Below are positions 52,022-64,000 of a stretch of DNA of 64,000 bases, in pieces. The stretch is taken from the NCBI GenBank assembly GCA_016748015.1, contig JAAOMT010000375.1, positions 181,156 to 245,155 of the forward strand, in the 5' to 3' direction. The position numbers and the translations under genes were made by a program. The stretch's first letter is position 1; the number at the start of each line of letters is the position of its first letter. Under the pieces are notes generated by a model, which saw nothing but the letters and a program-made list of their open reading frames with translations, was not told the origin of the DNA and searched no databases. The DNA is from Geosiphon pyriformis uo1. Taxonomy: Eukaryota > Fungi > Glomeromycota.

Positions 52022-55000
52022 AATATCTTCATTATTATTGCTAAACTATTTCAATTCTTGTTCTTTGAACAGATTAGAGAGTGCAATATATTATTCTAAG
52101 TTTGAATTGGAGTCCAAATTTTTGTTGTTAGTGTTGCTATTTTGGACTGAGCTAAAACTGTTGTTTTTGTTGTTATTGTCAGAGTTTAAATTGGGATTGA
52201 ATAATAATTCTGATTCCACTTTGCAGCTGCTAATTGATTTCTTTTCTTTGGGAATCATGTAGATTATGTGCAATAGTGAATTGTAAATAAGGTCATACTT
52301 ATTACAATATTGAAAATCACAGAAAATCAAACAGTGTTAACAAAGTTAAGTATTCAGCTGTTCCAGCCATTGTTTTTGTTCTTCCCTAGTTGGCACTAGA
52401 TTCTGGTAATGTTTGTGAAATTGCTCAGAATTATCCTTAACATTATCTAAGACATCAAAAGTTAAAACATATTCTGGTTTAGGGAGTATTAGGGGGTTAT
52501 TCTTGATTTCCAGTATCTTATTGAGTAAAACACCTTCTGCTTTTGTACTTATTATTCTCCAGATCTTGTATTTGTCATGTGGATAATCTTCCAATTTTCT
52601 TAGTGCTTGTTTTTAGGCATTATCAATAGACATTCCTTTTTAGAATTATGTATTGGCATAATTTATTATACATTTTTCCTTATCCAGAAATGTCATTTCA
52701 CATTTTTTCATCAAGTAAAATAATTCCACATATGAGACAAAATTTGTTGTTCTATTTTTTTGGTCTTTTTGGTTTTCTAAATTGTTTAAAGACATATAAG
52801 TAGCAGTAATACTTGGTTGCTATTAGTCACTTCTTGTTATTGCCACAACATGCACCTATTGATAACAATTTCTTATTACAATTAACACATATTAGTTTAG
52901 GTCAATAGTAAGTTGAGTTAAAGTAATTGGTAATATATAGCATATAAGTAAAAGTTGTTGCTTGGGGTTTTTCTTTTTTTTTTTTTCCCTTTTTTTCCCA
53001 GATAAACACTAGTGGCAAGTTATTGTGGTTATTATTAGTTCATGAGACTTAATAAGCTTTCTAGGTAGGTCTTTTTTTCTCTTCTTCTAATTCAATTAGT
53101 AGAACTTGAATGGTATTAGTTGGTTTGAAATGACCACACATAACAGATACTCTAGTATGCTGACTGTTTTGGCTAAGTTGCAATTCTTGAGTGGTTTAGT
53201 CAAGCATAGTATTTGTCTTGAACAACCAGTTATTACTAACTAGAACTTGGTACTAAGTGGCTTCCATAATAAGAACTTTAATTAGTACACTAATGCTATT
53301 GATTTTGATTAAAAAGTCATCAATTTTACCAATTGGAGTCTTAGTAGTTCTATTAGCAGTGATAATTCTGGCACTGGCAGTGTGATCAACTTGACAACCT
53401 AATTGGTCTATGAATTGCTTGATGATAATACTGCTTGCCAAACTATTGTCTAGGATCAGTTTGATAAACTAATCATTAACCTTGACATTAGTGTACATTG
53501 TAGTAATGAGTTTTGTGTCTAGGGCAGCTTTATTGAATAATGGGTTTATTAAGAGTTCTTTGAGTTCAAAGGGAAAGATTGCAGCTAGTAATTTGTTGTT
53601 AGTAACAATTACTAGAAATATATTGTTGGTAAGTGGCTTTTGGTTGGTTTTCTAATGATTAAGTTGGGTGTCTTCTGAAGTAACTAAAAGACTTAAATAG
53701 GATTGGGCATTTGGATTTTAGGCATAGCTAGTTCCTGAATTTTGCTGTTGTGATTCAAATTGTTGGGCTGCTGAACTGGAAATTGGTTGGTGTATTATCA
53801 TTGCTAATCACCAATTTTGACAGATCTGCATAGTTTTCAGTCTCTGGTTTCTGTTTTAAGATAAGTTCAGTAACAGTGTTAAAATTGGTTAGGATTGATA
53901 AATTAGCTGAGTTTGAGGTGGTTAATAAATTACTGAGGCTGGATGTTAATAGACTGGTGCTTGATAAATTGGCTGTGTCATTTAAGAGTAATAAGACTGA
54001 TATTGGTATTGTTTATTTAATGAATTATTGGCATAGTTTGGGGTTTGAAATCTGCAATTGAAGTTTTGATATTGAGTTCTCGATTATTGGTTATTTAATC
54101 TTAACTGGCAATCTATTTTTAAATGTTCTTGTTTATTACAATAATGACAAATATGTGTTTTTTGCAGCCATTGTTGATTTGAGAAAAATGGCTGTAACTG
54201 ATGCTAAAGTCAATTAAAATTTCTTGGGTTTTTATAATATTGTGGCAGCTGATAAATAATCTGATTGCCATTATTATTAGCTAAATACTTTTCTAGTTTC
54301 TGATTAATTGAATTATTAAATTGTTTTAGTTTCAAATCCAATTCAGATAATCTGTTCATTATTAAGTTCACAGCTTAAGCTTGTCTGGCTTTTAGCTCAG
54401 CTAATTCAAAATCTTTGGCATAAGTGACTGTGTTTTGTAGTGTGTCTAGATACATTGGCCATATTCATTATAAAATGGTACTGCATAGACTGCAAATAAA
54501 TTGATTCAAAATTTGGAGTGCTGTAAAATAATTTGTGTTAATTGCTTAAATCTGGTATAGATTCCTATAGAAGTGTCCCAGATAAGTAGTAACTGCTTTA
54601 GTTTTTTCTTGCTTAATAGTAGTAAAATGAGTAAGCAATTAATTAATGCTGTTGTGATTATTAAAATACTGTAGAAAAACAGTTTTGAATACATCAAATA
54701 TGTTGGTTTTATTCATGAGACTTTGATACCATGAGTTAGTTGTATCTTAAAAAAAGTATGGAATGACTTGTAACACTCTTGTATTATCCCAACCATTGGC
54801 TACAATTGTTTTTTTTATATTGTTAAGCCAAACTTGAGCATTTTTTTCTTCGCCAGTAAATTTCTTGAGTTTGACAATAGATGTATATACCATTGATACT
54901 AGCTGTTGTAGTTGCTGTGAATTTTGTTGATGCTGAGGAATAAGAATTGGGACTTTTGGTGGATAGATCCATATAATTAGAAGTAAGTTTTGCTGACTAA

Positions 55001-55331
55001 TAGGGACAGAGTTTGGATTGTTCAGATTTCTTTGGATCTAAATAATCAGAGTTTGTATTTCTGGGTTTTTTGAGATCAGGTTTTGATTATTAGTTTCCTG
55101 ATTACTGTCTTCTTCTTCCTCAGAATCAGTTATTTTTCAAGGACTAATGGCTCCAAAATTTGGTTGTGGTGGCAGTGATTGAACTCTTAATGACATTGGG
55201 GATTATGATTTAAATCCCTCAAAGTAATTGCCATATGTTTCTAATAACTTTGCTTTCTTCTGTTTACTTTGGAATAAGATTCTATTTAGTGATGTTGTTG
55301 TGTTTGCTGTGAACATGTTTATCAATGTTAT

Positions 55332-58300
55332 TGTTATGATTGAAACTTATACTTTTTATTAATTATCATATGTATTAGCCATTGATGTTATATAAATTAG
55401 CCATTCTATTTTTAGAAAGTGATTATTGACCTGATCATTAACCACTTTTGATAGCTATATAAGCAATGAATTTTTTAACTGTAGAAAAGTATATCAGAAA
55501 TCAAGGAAATTAAATAAATAAAATAACAACTTTTATCTCAATCTTTCTTTTATTACTAATTTTTTTTTTCTTACTTTCAAGTATTCAAACATCTTGAGAT
55601 AAAAAATTATTTGTTGGTTATTTTTTACTCTTTTTCTAAAATGTGTAATTGCAGCATTTGAAGATTATTGACTGAAGAGTATATCTGATATCTGATATTG
55701 AATTCTAATAGTGCTGATGTGAAACATAGAATTATACCAGTGTGTGATCATTTGTTGATAGTACAAACTATCCCTCTACCTTCAGATTCCTGGTTATCTT
55801 TAGAAAAGTACAGCAACTGAGATATTTTATGAGACTGATCTCATACATTGAATTCATACTCATTCAATTTGCTCTTTGAAGTTGAATTCTCTTTGATTTT
55901 TTTCATTACTTTACAATCTTGTTCTTTTTTGCTATTTGTTAGCTTGTTACTCCAATCTGTAACATAAAAGTGGTGCTCCCTGTGAGATTGTCAAAATCCA
56001 CTTTGTTTCTTATTGTATAGGTGATTATTTATACCTGCCATGACAATTAGAAGAACACTTTGAAGCACACAACAAAAATGATCTAAACTTTATTGAACTT
56101 AATTCTTTGTCCTCCTGCTTGATTTGCTTCCCCATTGAAAAACAATCCAGCAGACAATTCCAAGACTTTTGGAACTGGTTCCTGAATGAGCATTCAGCTG
56201 AAACCTACACAGCCTATATAACTTATTACTTTGATTAAGCTTATCTTGAAGACAACTTTGAAGAAAAAAACAACAGCATCAATCAATTTTTATACTCAAC
56301 AACCTTTGAACAACAGCTCTCTGATTTCGAATATTTGAATCATCAAATCTATCTCTGAATTGCTGCCCATCAATTAGTTAAGACTCCACTTGAAACAGAA
56401 GAAGAAAGCTACTAAACTGCTCCTGTTTTTGATTTCTTCTTAAGTAAATCAGAACATTCTACACAAACAGCTACTCCTGAACCAATGGCTAATAACCCTA
56501 TACAACAAAACATCCTGATCACTCTCTAAGACATATAAACTGCTTTAAGGTAAAGAAACAATACCCCACTACTATTATTTAGAGGTGATACACAAGATCC
56601 AATTAAATAATTAGATGACTTTAAAAAAGCTGCCACAGCCAACCAATATGATAATAAATACAAGTTCCAAATCATTGGTGACTACCTCCAAAACTCTCCT
56701 GCTACTTGGTTCTTATAAGAAACTGATGCTGGTGCTTACCAAAAAATCATTAGATGGGCACCAACAAATGCTGAAAAAGAAAACACTTCTTTCACAACCT
56801 GGTTTGAAACTAAATTTAGAACTCCTATCTTAATATTCAAATGGTATATGGAATTAGAAAGAAGAACTCAAGGTTCTGGTGAAGTTGTAACTGAGTATGC
56901 CAAAGCAATCAAAAAATTAATCAAGTGAGTAAATTCTGGAAAAAACTGGACAGAAGAACAAAAGATTCATTCCTTTACAAAAAGATTGAGAACTGATATT
57001 TCTTATGCTTTTTGGTCCTTCCTGGGACTAAAAGACAATCCCACAATGGATATGGCCATTAAACTTGTCCAGAAAATAGAAGACAATTAAAAAATGCACC
57101 TAAGATTTATACTTCCAGTTTTTGCTCCTGCTTTTGTTATGACTTCTGCTCTCCAAATAACTGTTACCTCTTTTGCTGCCCAAACTCCAGATTTCAATGA
57201 ACAATTAATAGATAGACTTACAGCCAATCTTGTCCAATTATTAGAACCCTTAGCTCAAACAGTCAGAGAAAATTAACAAACTCAAAGACCCAGATTTGAA
57301 TCCCATTTTAATCAGCCCCAACAACTCTTTTATCAAAGACAACAAAATCATGGCCCATCTGTATGTTATTGCTGTGAATTAACTAAACATTTCTTCAGAA
57401 ATTGCAACAATCCTCCTCTACTTTCTCCAGCTTTCAGAAACAATAACAATTAAAATAACAGAATTATCAACAACAATGTCCCCAACCAAAGACCCAATCA
57501 TGCCAACATCAATTTCTTTGGAGAGGATCTCTTAGTTGAAGCCACTGTTTATCAGCTTTTAAACTAGTAAGTGCACCTCTAAAGAGTAAGAGTGCAAGCC
57601 AACTAGAAAAAAACTCTTTTTATGCTTTTAACTTAACTGATAATAACTATAATATGGATGAACTAGCAATCAATACTTCTGAATCAACAAGAAAGAAGAA
57701 AAAAGCCAAGGTTGATTTTGTTATAGATCCAAAGAAAGCCTCCACATCAACTGCTAATAACAATGAGCTCCCAAAGGCTAAAGTTTTTAAAAATCCTCCA
57801 AAGTTAGAACTCATAGAAATAGTACAAAAATCTGGCCCCTATTCTGTTGTTAAAAATCTCATGGAAATCCCAACACATATTATATTTGGCCAACTAATAA
57901 TCCATCTACAGTTCAGAAAAGATCTTCACAAATCATTAATATCAAAAAAAAAACACCAAAGAACAACAAACGACCTTGTCAAGCTGGACTTGCTGATAAC
58001 AGCAATGTTATCTCTCTGATTTATAAAGCTCAAGTGGCTGGTTACTTTATTGATCTGATCTTAGACAGTGGATTATCTGTTAGTATAATTGCCAAACACT
58101 TTCTTGAAGCAATTGGCAGAAAGATTGATGAGTCTTCTATTCAACCAATAACCAACATACATGGTGATAAGAAAAAAGGCCTGAGCATAGCCAAAGCTAT
58201 TCTTGTTCACATCAATAATATCAGCATTAAAACTGATATAGAAATATCTGAAGTAAAAAAGTACACCATAATTGTTGGCAATAAGTGGCTTAAGAAAACT

Positions 58301-58689
58301 AAAGCACTACTTGATTACAAACTTTGTGAGCTAACCATTAGATGTGGTGAAAAACTCATTGTGGTTAAATATCACCATTAGACAACTCCTTCAGTACCCA
58401 AGCAAAACCAAGAAGAAAAACAATCAGATGAATTAAATAATGATGAAAGCAATAAAGAAGAAGACCAAAAAGAACAAAAAAAAACTGCTGAACTCATCTA
58501 TACTATCTTCATTAGCAATGACAAGCCACTAGACAATGTTAAAGCTGACAAAGAAAGAATTATGGTAAATGGCAAGCTGATCTGCTGGCCCTACTATGAT
58601 ATCCTTAGAAGAACCTTTGATAGAAAACCTGGTAAGAAAACAAAATACAGTTATTGGTGGCATAGTCTTTGTGCCAAGTGCTAGTGCAA
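55332..58689 (+). mobile_element. Family A element A6, 5' part (LTR 55332-55964, PBS 55971-55987, gag, PR), cut by B2
   Basis: Colinear with A3; LILDSG at 58034..58381; stops inside the Cys motif where the B2 LTR begins. Confidence 0.92.
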
Positions 58690-59571
58690 TGTTACAGGTT
58701 ATTATTTCTGCTGTTGAATTAAATAACAAACCTGTAACTTGGTACTCAAAAGCTACTTTCGTTGATGATGTTCTGCAAGTGTTGTATCTGAAGGTTTTGA
58801 TGAAGTTCTTTGTATAACGAACAGAAATTCAATAGTGTTGATAGTAGATGTATCCTTCCAAGAGTTTTCCCAATTTCTTTCTCAGCATGGTGGCCGGATT
58901 TAGTCTGGCAGTTGTGCCCTTCTGGTAAGCTATCCAATAATATATAAAATCCTATCCTTATTTCTGGGTCTTTTACCAGGCTATCCTTGATGTCAATAAC
59001 TCAGTGCTTAATCTTTTACTCAATTAGTATACAACAACAAAAAATCAAAAATGAAAGAAAATAAAATAAAGAAAATAAAAATAAAGAAAATAGAGAAATT
59101 AAGCCAAGACAATTTGGTACATTAGTATCTTGTCAATAGCCATGATCAAGAGCTATTGTTCCAGCATGGTTAAGTATCAATTACTATCAACACTTTATGT
59201 TGATAGTAGAGAGTAGATTGAGATATAAAATAATTATTTATTTGATAATTGGGAATTGAAAGGTTGCTTAGATTAAATTTAAACTGAGAGATCTGTCTTT
59301 TCCACTTCTAATCCTGCTGCTATATATACATAATTGAGATTCCTCAATTCCTTGATTCTTTACAACAGGAATTCTGAAATTCCTGGAATCCTGTGATTCT
59401 TTTGAGAGGAATCCTGAAATTCTGGAATTCTACAATTCATTGTCGGGAAATCCTGAAATTCCTGGAATCCTGCAATTCCTAAAAGAAATCCTGGAATTCC
59501 ACATTTACTACGCCTACTTCTAATTGGCTATTACTCATGCTAATATATTTCTTATATTTTTATGAGTAACA
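58690..59571 (-). repeat. Family B 3' LTR of B2 (882 bp) with internal GAAATTCCTGGAATCC-type tandem array (~59337-59502)
   Basis: TGTTAC...GTAACA termini; PPT complement TTATTCTCTTCTTTT at 59572. Confidence 0.9.
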
Positions 59572-59584
59572 TTATTCTCTTCTT

Positions 59585-60243
59585 TTAATATTGAGCTCTG
59601 TCAAAATCCAATTTGTTTAATTCTCTCTCTTGAAGTATTTCCTGGATTTTGTTTTTAAGAATTACTTGTATTATTTGGGTCTGTAATTTTTCAAATTGAG
59701 CATTGGTGATCTTTCCCAATTGATTACTGGTAACCATATCCATTGCTTTGTTGAGTAATATTTCTGGTCTATCCTGAAATGCTGTGTGTATTCAGTAGAT
59801 GGCTCGGGCCTGTGTGAATAAGTTGTTTTTTCCTACAAAATGTTCTAATTGTTGTAGTATTCTTTTGTCGAATAATTGCTTTGTTTTATTTGTATATAGA
59901 TTCTGGATATTTATGTGTTGTCCTAAGTAAAAATAACAATAGTTTCTTGGAAATTGTTGTATCTACCAATTCCAAGTTTCTTTAGTCAATTCTTAATATA
60001 GTGCCTCTTTTGTTAACTCTCTTATTGCTAATTTTACTTTTGTAATGATTTTGTCCACTGTATTTTCAGTTTTTTCTGTGTTTTGGGTTGCAATATCTTT
60101 CTAGTATCTTGATATCGAATGGTTTGTTGATTGATTGTAATCTCCATTTCCTGGTGTTGGATCAACTGAAAAAGTTGTTGTGTTAGTGAATGAATGTTGT
60201 CTGTAATTTCCATTTTTCTGATATTTCCTGTCGCGTCTACCAT
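59585..60243 (-). pseudogene. Family B ORF3 (one frameshift, three stops)
   Basis: Manual translation: MVDATGNIRKMEITDNIHSL...YCYFYLGQHI...QLGKITNAQFEKL...LDFDRAQY*. The B1 homologue (YCYYHLGQK) lies at ~47690-48340. Confidence 0.65.
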
Positions 60244-60279
60244 GTCTTTATATATTTTTTTGCTGAATCAATTTAACGT

Positions 60280-63014
60280 GTTGTTGTTGATAATAACAAT
60301 TGGTTCCAGATCTCGTGGAATCTCATCTGGTTGGACTAGTATTCTCTGTACTCCTAATTGTAGAATATTACTGGTAGATGGTAGTGTAATGTTGTGGTAT
60401 GGTTTCAGTCGATCTCCATGTGCTGCTTTGGTTAAAATTTTGTTATCCAGTTTTAATTTGTAAGCTCCATTTCCTAGAATTTTTTCTATGTGAAATGGTT
60501 CATCCCATTTGGGGTCGAATTTTCCACTTCATTGTTTTTCCACTTTGGTATGATGTAAGAGTACTTTGTCTCCAATCTTGAATTCAACTGGCTTGTCTAG
60601 TAGTTGACTATTGTGTCTTTCTTTCTGTTTTTCTTGTGACTTTTGAATATTATTAGCTGCTCTTCTTCATTTGTTTTCCAATGTTTCCATTAAGTCATAT
60701 GTTCTTCTCAGCAATGTTTCTTGAAAATTCTTTTCTGTTATTGGTTCAGCTGAATATGTATTAATTTCTCTTTTTATTGGTAATGTTGCTGTTCTACCGT
60801 ATACTAATTCAAATAGTATTGCTTGTGTAGTATTTTGCTTCATTGTCCGATAAACAAATAATACTGATGGTATGAACAAATCCCATTTGTTCTGGTTTTC
60901 TTGGCTGAGCTTGGCAATTGCTTCATACAATGTTCTGTTGAATCTTTTGACTAATCCGTTGGTTTGTGGATGGTATGGTGATAATAATGGTCTCTTAATT
61001 TCGAATCTTTGGCTCAATTTTGTTAATGTTTTGTTCACAAAATAAGTTTCTTGGTCTGATAATAATTTTTTTGGACATCCATGTCAACAGATCAAATCCT
61101 GATGAACAAATTTGACAACGGATTCTGTATCCGCTCTTTGAATTGCTTTTGCCTCTGGCCATTTAGTGAAATAGTCTATGGCTACTGCTATGTACCTGTT
61201 TCTTCCACTGGTAATTGTTAATGGTCTGACTAGATCAATTCCAACATGGCTGAATAGTTGTCCTACTTTAATTGGTTTTAATGGTTCACTGGGTTTTGTA
61301 CCTCCTCTTTGCTGACAAGCATCACAATTTTGAACATATTAGATAATGTCTGAATACATTAATGGCCAATAGTATCTTTTTCTGGTTTTTTCTATGGTTG
61401 CTTCTTTGTGAAAATGCTCTGCTGTCGGATTTGAGTACATGTTGAATAATATTGTCTCTTTTTCTGGTTTTGTAACTATTCTGGTTGGTTGATCTGGATT
61501 TTTTCTATTTTTCCGATAAAGTATATTTTGGTGAGTGATAAAATATTTTGATTGTTGTTTGATACTCTTTTGTTCTGTTTGAGATAAATTCTCCTTGAAC
61601 TGTTGAGTGTTTATATAATGTTGCAGTTGTTGATATTTTTGTATGTTCATCTCTTGTTACATTTTTTGTTGGTATTGTTCTGGTTTTGCTATATTTTTGT
61701 GTTAAAATGTTCTTAGATTTGTCTTATTTGTGACAAACCATCAGCATTTCCATTGTCTTTTCTTTTTTTGTAATGTATAGTATAATTGTATGATGCGAGT
61801 GCCATTTTCTATCTTGACTGTCTTCTATCTCCAAATTCTTGTTTTTGGAGTGATGTTAATCCTTTGTGATCTGTGTATACTTCAAACTTCTGGCTCAAGT
61901 ATTCTTTCCATTTCATGACTGCCCAGTATATTGTTAAGTGTTTTTGTTCTGGTATTCCATAGTTCTTTTTGGCTGGTGTTAAACCTCTGCTGGCATATGC
62001 TACTGGATGTTCTCTGCCATCTGGTTCTCTCTGAGATAATACTGCTCCCAATGCTTGGCCGGATCCATCAGCAGTAATGATGAATGGTTTGCTGTGATTT
62101 GGATAAATTAGTACTGAAGCTTGAATGAGCTTTCTTTTCAAAATATCAAAAGCTTCTTGTTGACTTTCTGCCCATTCATATTTGGTATTCTTGGTTTGCA
62201 GTTGGTTAAGTGGCTGCACTATTTTGGAAAAGTTCTTAATAAAACATCAATAGTAGCTGGCAAATCCCAAGAATGATTTCAGTTCTGTCATATTAGTCAG
62301 TACTAGAAAGTTTTTTACTATCTCTATTTTCTCTGAATCTGTTTTGATGCCATCTTTGCTGACTATGTGTCCCAAGAATTTTAGCTCTGTCTTGCCAAAG
62401 AAGCACTTTGTTGCATTTAACTTTAGTCCTGCTCTTCTTAGCCTTTCGAACACTTGTTGAAGATGATGAAGATGATCATCAAATGTTTTTGAGAATACAT
62501 TGGTGTTATTCAAGTATACAACTACTGATTTCTACAATAAGCCAGTATAGACAATTTCCATTAGCCATTGGAAAGTGACTGGTGCATTGGTTAAACCAAA
62601 TGTCATTACTTCAAATTCAAAATTCCTTTCTCTTGTAGTGAATGTTGTCTTCTCTTTGTTGGCTAAATTTATGGCTACTTGCCAGTAACCACTATCTAAG
62701 TCTAACATTGAGAACCATTTGTTTTCGCCAAAAGCATTGAATAATTCCTGTATCTGTGAAGTTGGATAGCTGTCTCCATAAGTTACACCATTGAATTTTC
62801 TGTAGTCTACACAAAATCAGATCTTTCCATTCTTCTTACAGACAAGTACTACTGGTGATGACCATGAGCTCATTAATGGCTGAATTAGCCTATTATCAAG
62901 CATTCAGTTTATCTCTTGACAAATAATTTCATGGCTGGCTGGTGGCACTCTGTATGCCCTTTGTTTAATTGGCATTACATCTTTAGTCTTGATCTGATGC
63001 TGGATAATATTAGT
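60280..63014 (-). pseudogene. pol: RT-RNase H-integrase of B2 pol
   Basis: ORFs 62247..62513, 61809..62219, 61339..61650 and 60667..61038 with gypsy motifs. Confidence 0.9.
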
Positions 63015-63938
63015 TCAGCCAAACTCATTTTTGCTGGCAAAGATATTATTGAACTGGTTAAGCAACATCTTGAGTTGCATACATTGGAGTGGATCTAAGT
63101 TTTTCATGTTTATTTGTTTCAATTGTTCTAGTTGAAACAAATAACATTCACTTTGTCTGTATATTGTTTGTGATGTGATATTGACATATCCACAAAGTTG
63201 TGGAAAATCTGGAATGGGGTTTGGTGGTTGATTCTCCATTTCAGTGTTTAAGTATTCAATAATGGTTCTAGCTGGTATTTCTATGACATTTCCTGTATTG
63301 TTGTAGATGGGAATTTTGATGTGGCTGTAATCTTTGGCTGGTATGTGGAGATTGATGAGTCCAACTTCTCCTAATTCACAAAGACTGGCTTCTGCTTCAA
63401 AAATTTGTGCTTGGTCTTTTTCCTTCCTTTCTATTGTTAGCATATACTGGTTATATGGTGAAATGGAAATAGCTTGACTGGTTGAGATAATTTCTCTTTG
63501 GCCAACAATTTCTTCCTCTGCCATATTAACTGGTACATCTATTCTACCCATTGATCCAAATCCCTGTATTTCTCTCACTGTTATTCCTAATTCCTCCCTC
63601 TTTTCCACTAATACCAACTGAGCTACTCTAACCAGAGACAGGAATATTGCCTGTGCTATCTTTTTGTTGGGCTCTATTATATAAACTTTTTCTGAGTCAT
63701 TTTGTAGTATAGCAATAATATTTCCTACATATCCCGCATCAATTATTCCTCCTCTTATATTAATTCCTCTTTTTGTTAAACTATTTCTAGATGCTAATTG
63801 AACCATTGTTGTTGCCGGAATTTCTAGTGCTACTTTCAGATCAATGCAGGTACATGAATGTGGTTCTAATTTGATGACCTCTTTTTCTGAATACCTCAGA
63901 TCAAACCCTGCATCAGTATCATGTGCACGTTCTGGCAT
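63015..63938 (-). CDS. dut: Pol segment with trimeric-type dUTPase domain (~63543-63938) upstream of RT
   Basis: All five motifs present: AGFDL, SRNS, GIIDAGYVG, IAQ, REIQGFGSMG. Part of an otherwise interrupted polyprotein. Confidence 0.92.
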   Translation of the reverse strand: MPERAHDTDAGFDLRYSEKEVIKLEPHSCTCIDLKVALEIPATTMVQLASRNSLTKRGINIRGGIIDAGYVGNIIAILQNDSEKVYIIEPNKKIAQAIFLSLVRVAQLVLVEKREELGITVREIQGFGSMGRIDVPVNMAEEEIVGQREIISTSQAISISPYNQYMLTIERKEKDQAQIFEAEASLCELGEVGLINLHIPAKDYSHIKIPIYNNTGNVIEIPARTIIEYLNTEMENQPPNPIPDFPQLCGYVNITSQTIYRQSECYLFQLEQLKQINMKNLDPLQCMQLKMLLNQFNNIFASKNEFG

Positions 63939-64000
63939 AATACCTTCTCCATTGTCACTATACCATTTTAATTCTTGTTTCTTGGAAAGATCTGGTAGTG

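Larger units (their letters stand above)
46920..55331 (-). mobile_element. Ty3/gypsy family B element B1 (degenerate): 3' LTR, ORF3, IN, RH, RT, dUTPase, Cys-rich insert, PR, gag; cut by A6
   Basis: LTR 46920-47676; IN 48963..49382; RT 50285..50935; dUTPase 51710..52021; PR 53253..53441; gag MVYTSIVKLKKFTGEE near 54890. Confidence 0.88.
58690..64000 (-). mobile_element. Family B element B2 (3' LTR, ORF3, IN, RH, RT, dUTPase), continuing beyond the window
   Basis: LTR 58690-59571, PPT; PYHPQTNGLVKRFNRTL; ADGSGQALGAVLSQ; LDSGYWQV; dUTPase ORF. Confidence 0.92.

Noticed and set aside
59337-59502. Heat-shock elements in the B2 LTR
   Set aside because: GAA/TTC spacing is mostly 0, 1 or 3 nt; I found no clean nGAAnnTTCnnGAAn array.
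63015-63938. Host housekeeping DUT1 gene
   Set aside because: Intronless, in frame with pre-RT Pol sequence, and duplicated at the same position in B1.

Overview
The whole window is AT-rich, strongly CpG-depleted eukaryotic repeat DNA with no recognisable host gene. It is a stack of nested, mostly pseudogenised retrotransposons. The peptides resemble, from memory only, repeat-derived proteins of the Glomeromycotina fungus Geosiphon pyriformis; this was not checked. Contents: (i) seven pieces (A0-A6) of one Ty3/gypsy LTR family, 'A'. It has ~630-750 bp LTRs (TGTTATGG...CCATAACA), a tRNA-Ile-like PBS, gag, a U-UUA-AAC -1 frameshift signal, PR-RT-RH-IN and an extra ORF3 running into the 3' LTR. 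One structurally complete copy lies at 12578-20222, inserted into another with a 4-bp TSD. (ii) Two pieces of a second gypsy family, 'B', whose pol carries a Cys-rich insert and a dUTPase between PR and RT, and which also has an ORF3. (iii) A near-full-length LINE at ~38.8-45.5 kb (ORF1, APE-RT-RNase H, poly-A), plus fragments of other LINEs. The most interesting signals are an apparently homologous, non-Env third ORF and a shared pre-PPT DNA motif in both gypsy families, the dUTPase, the conserved frameshift element, pervasive C>T/G>A hypermutation beyond CpG, and a perfect >=656 bp inverted repeat. All alignments and translations were done by eye.
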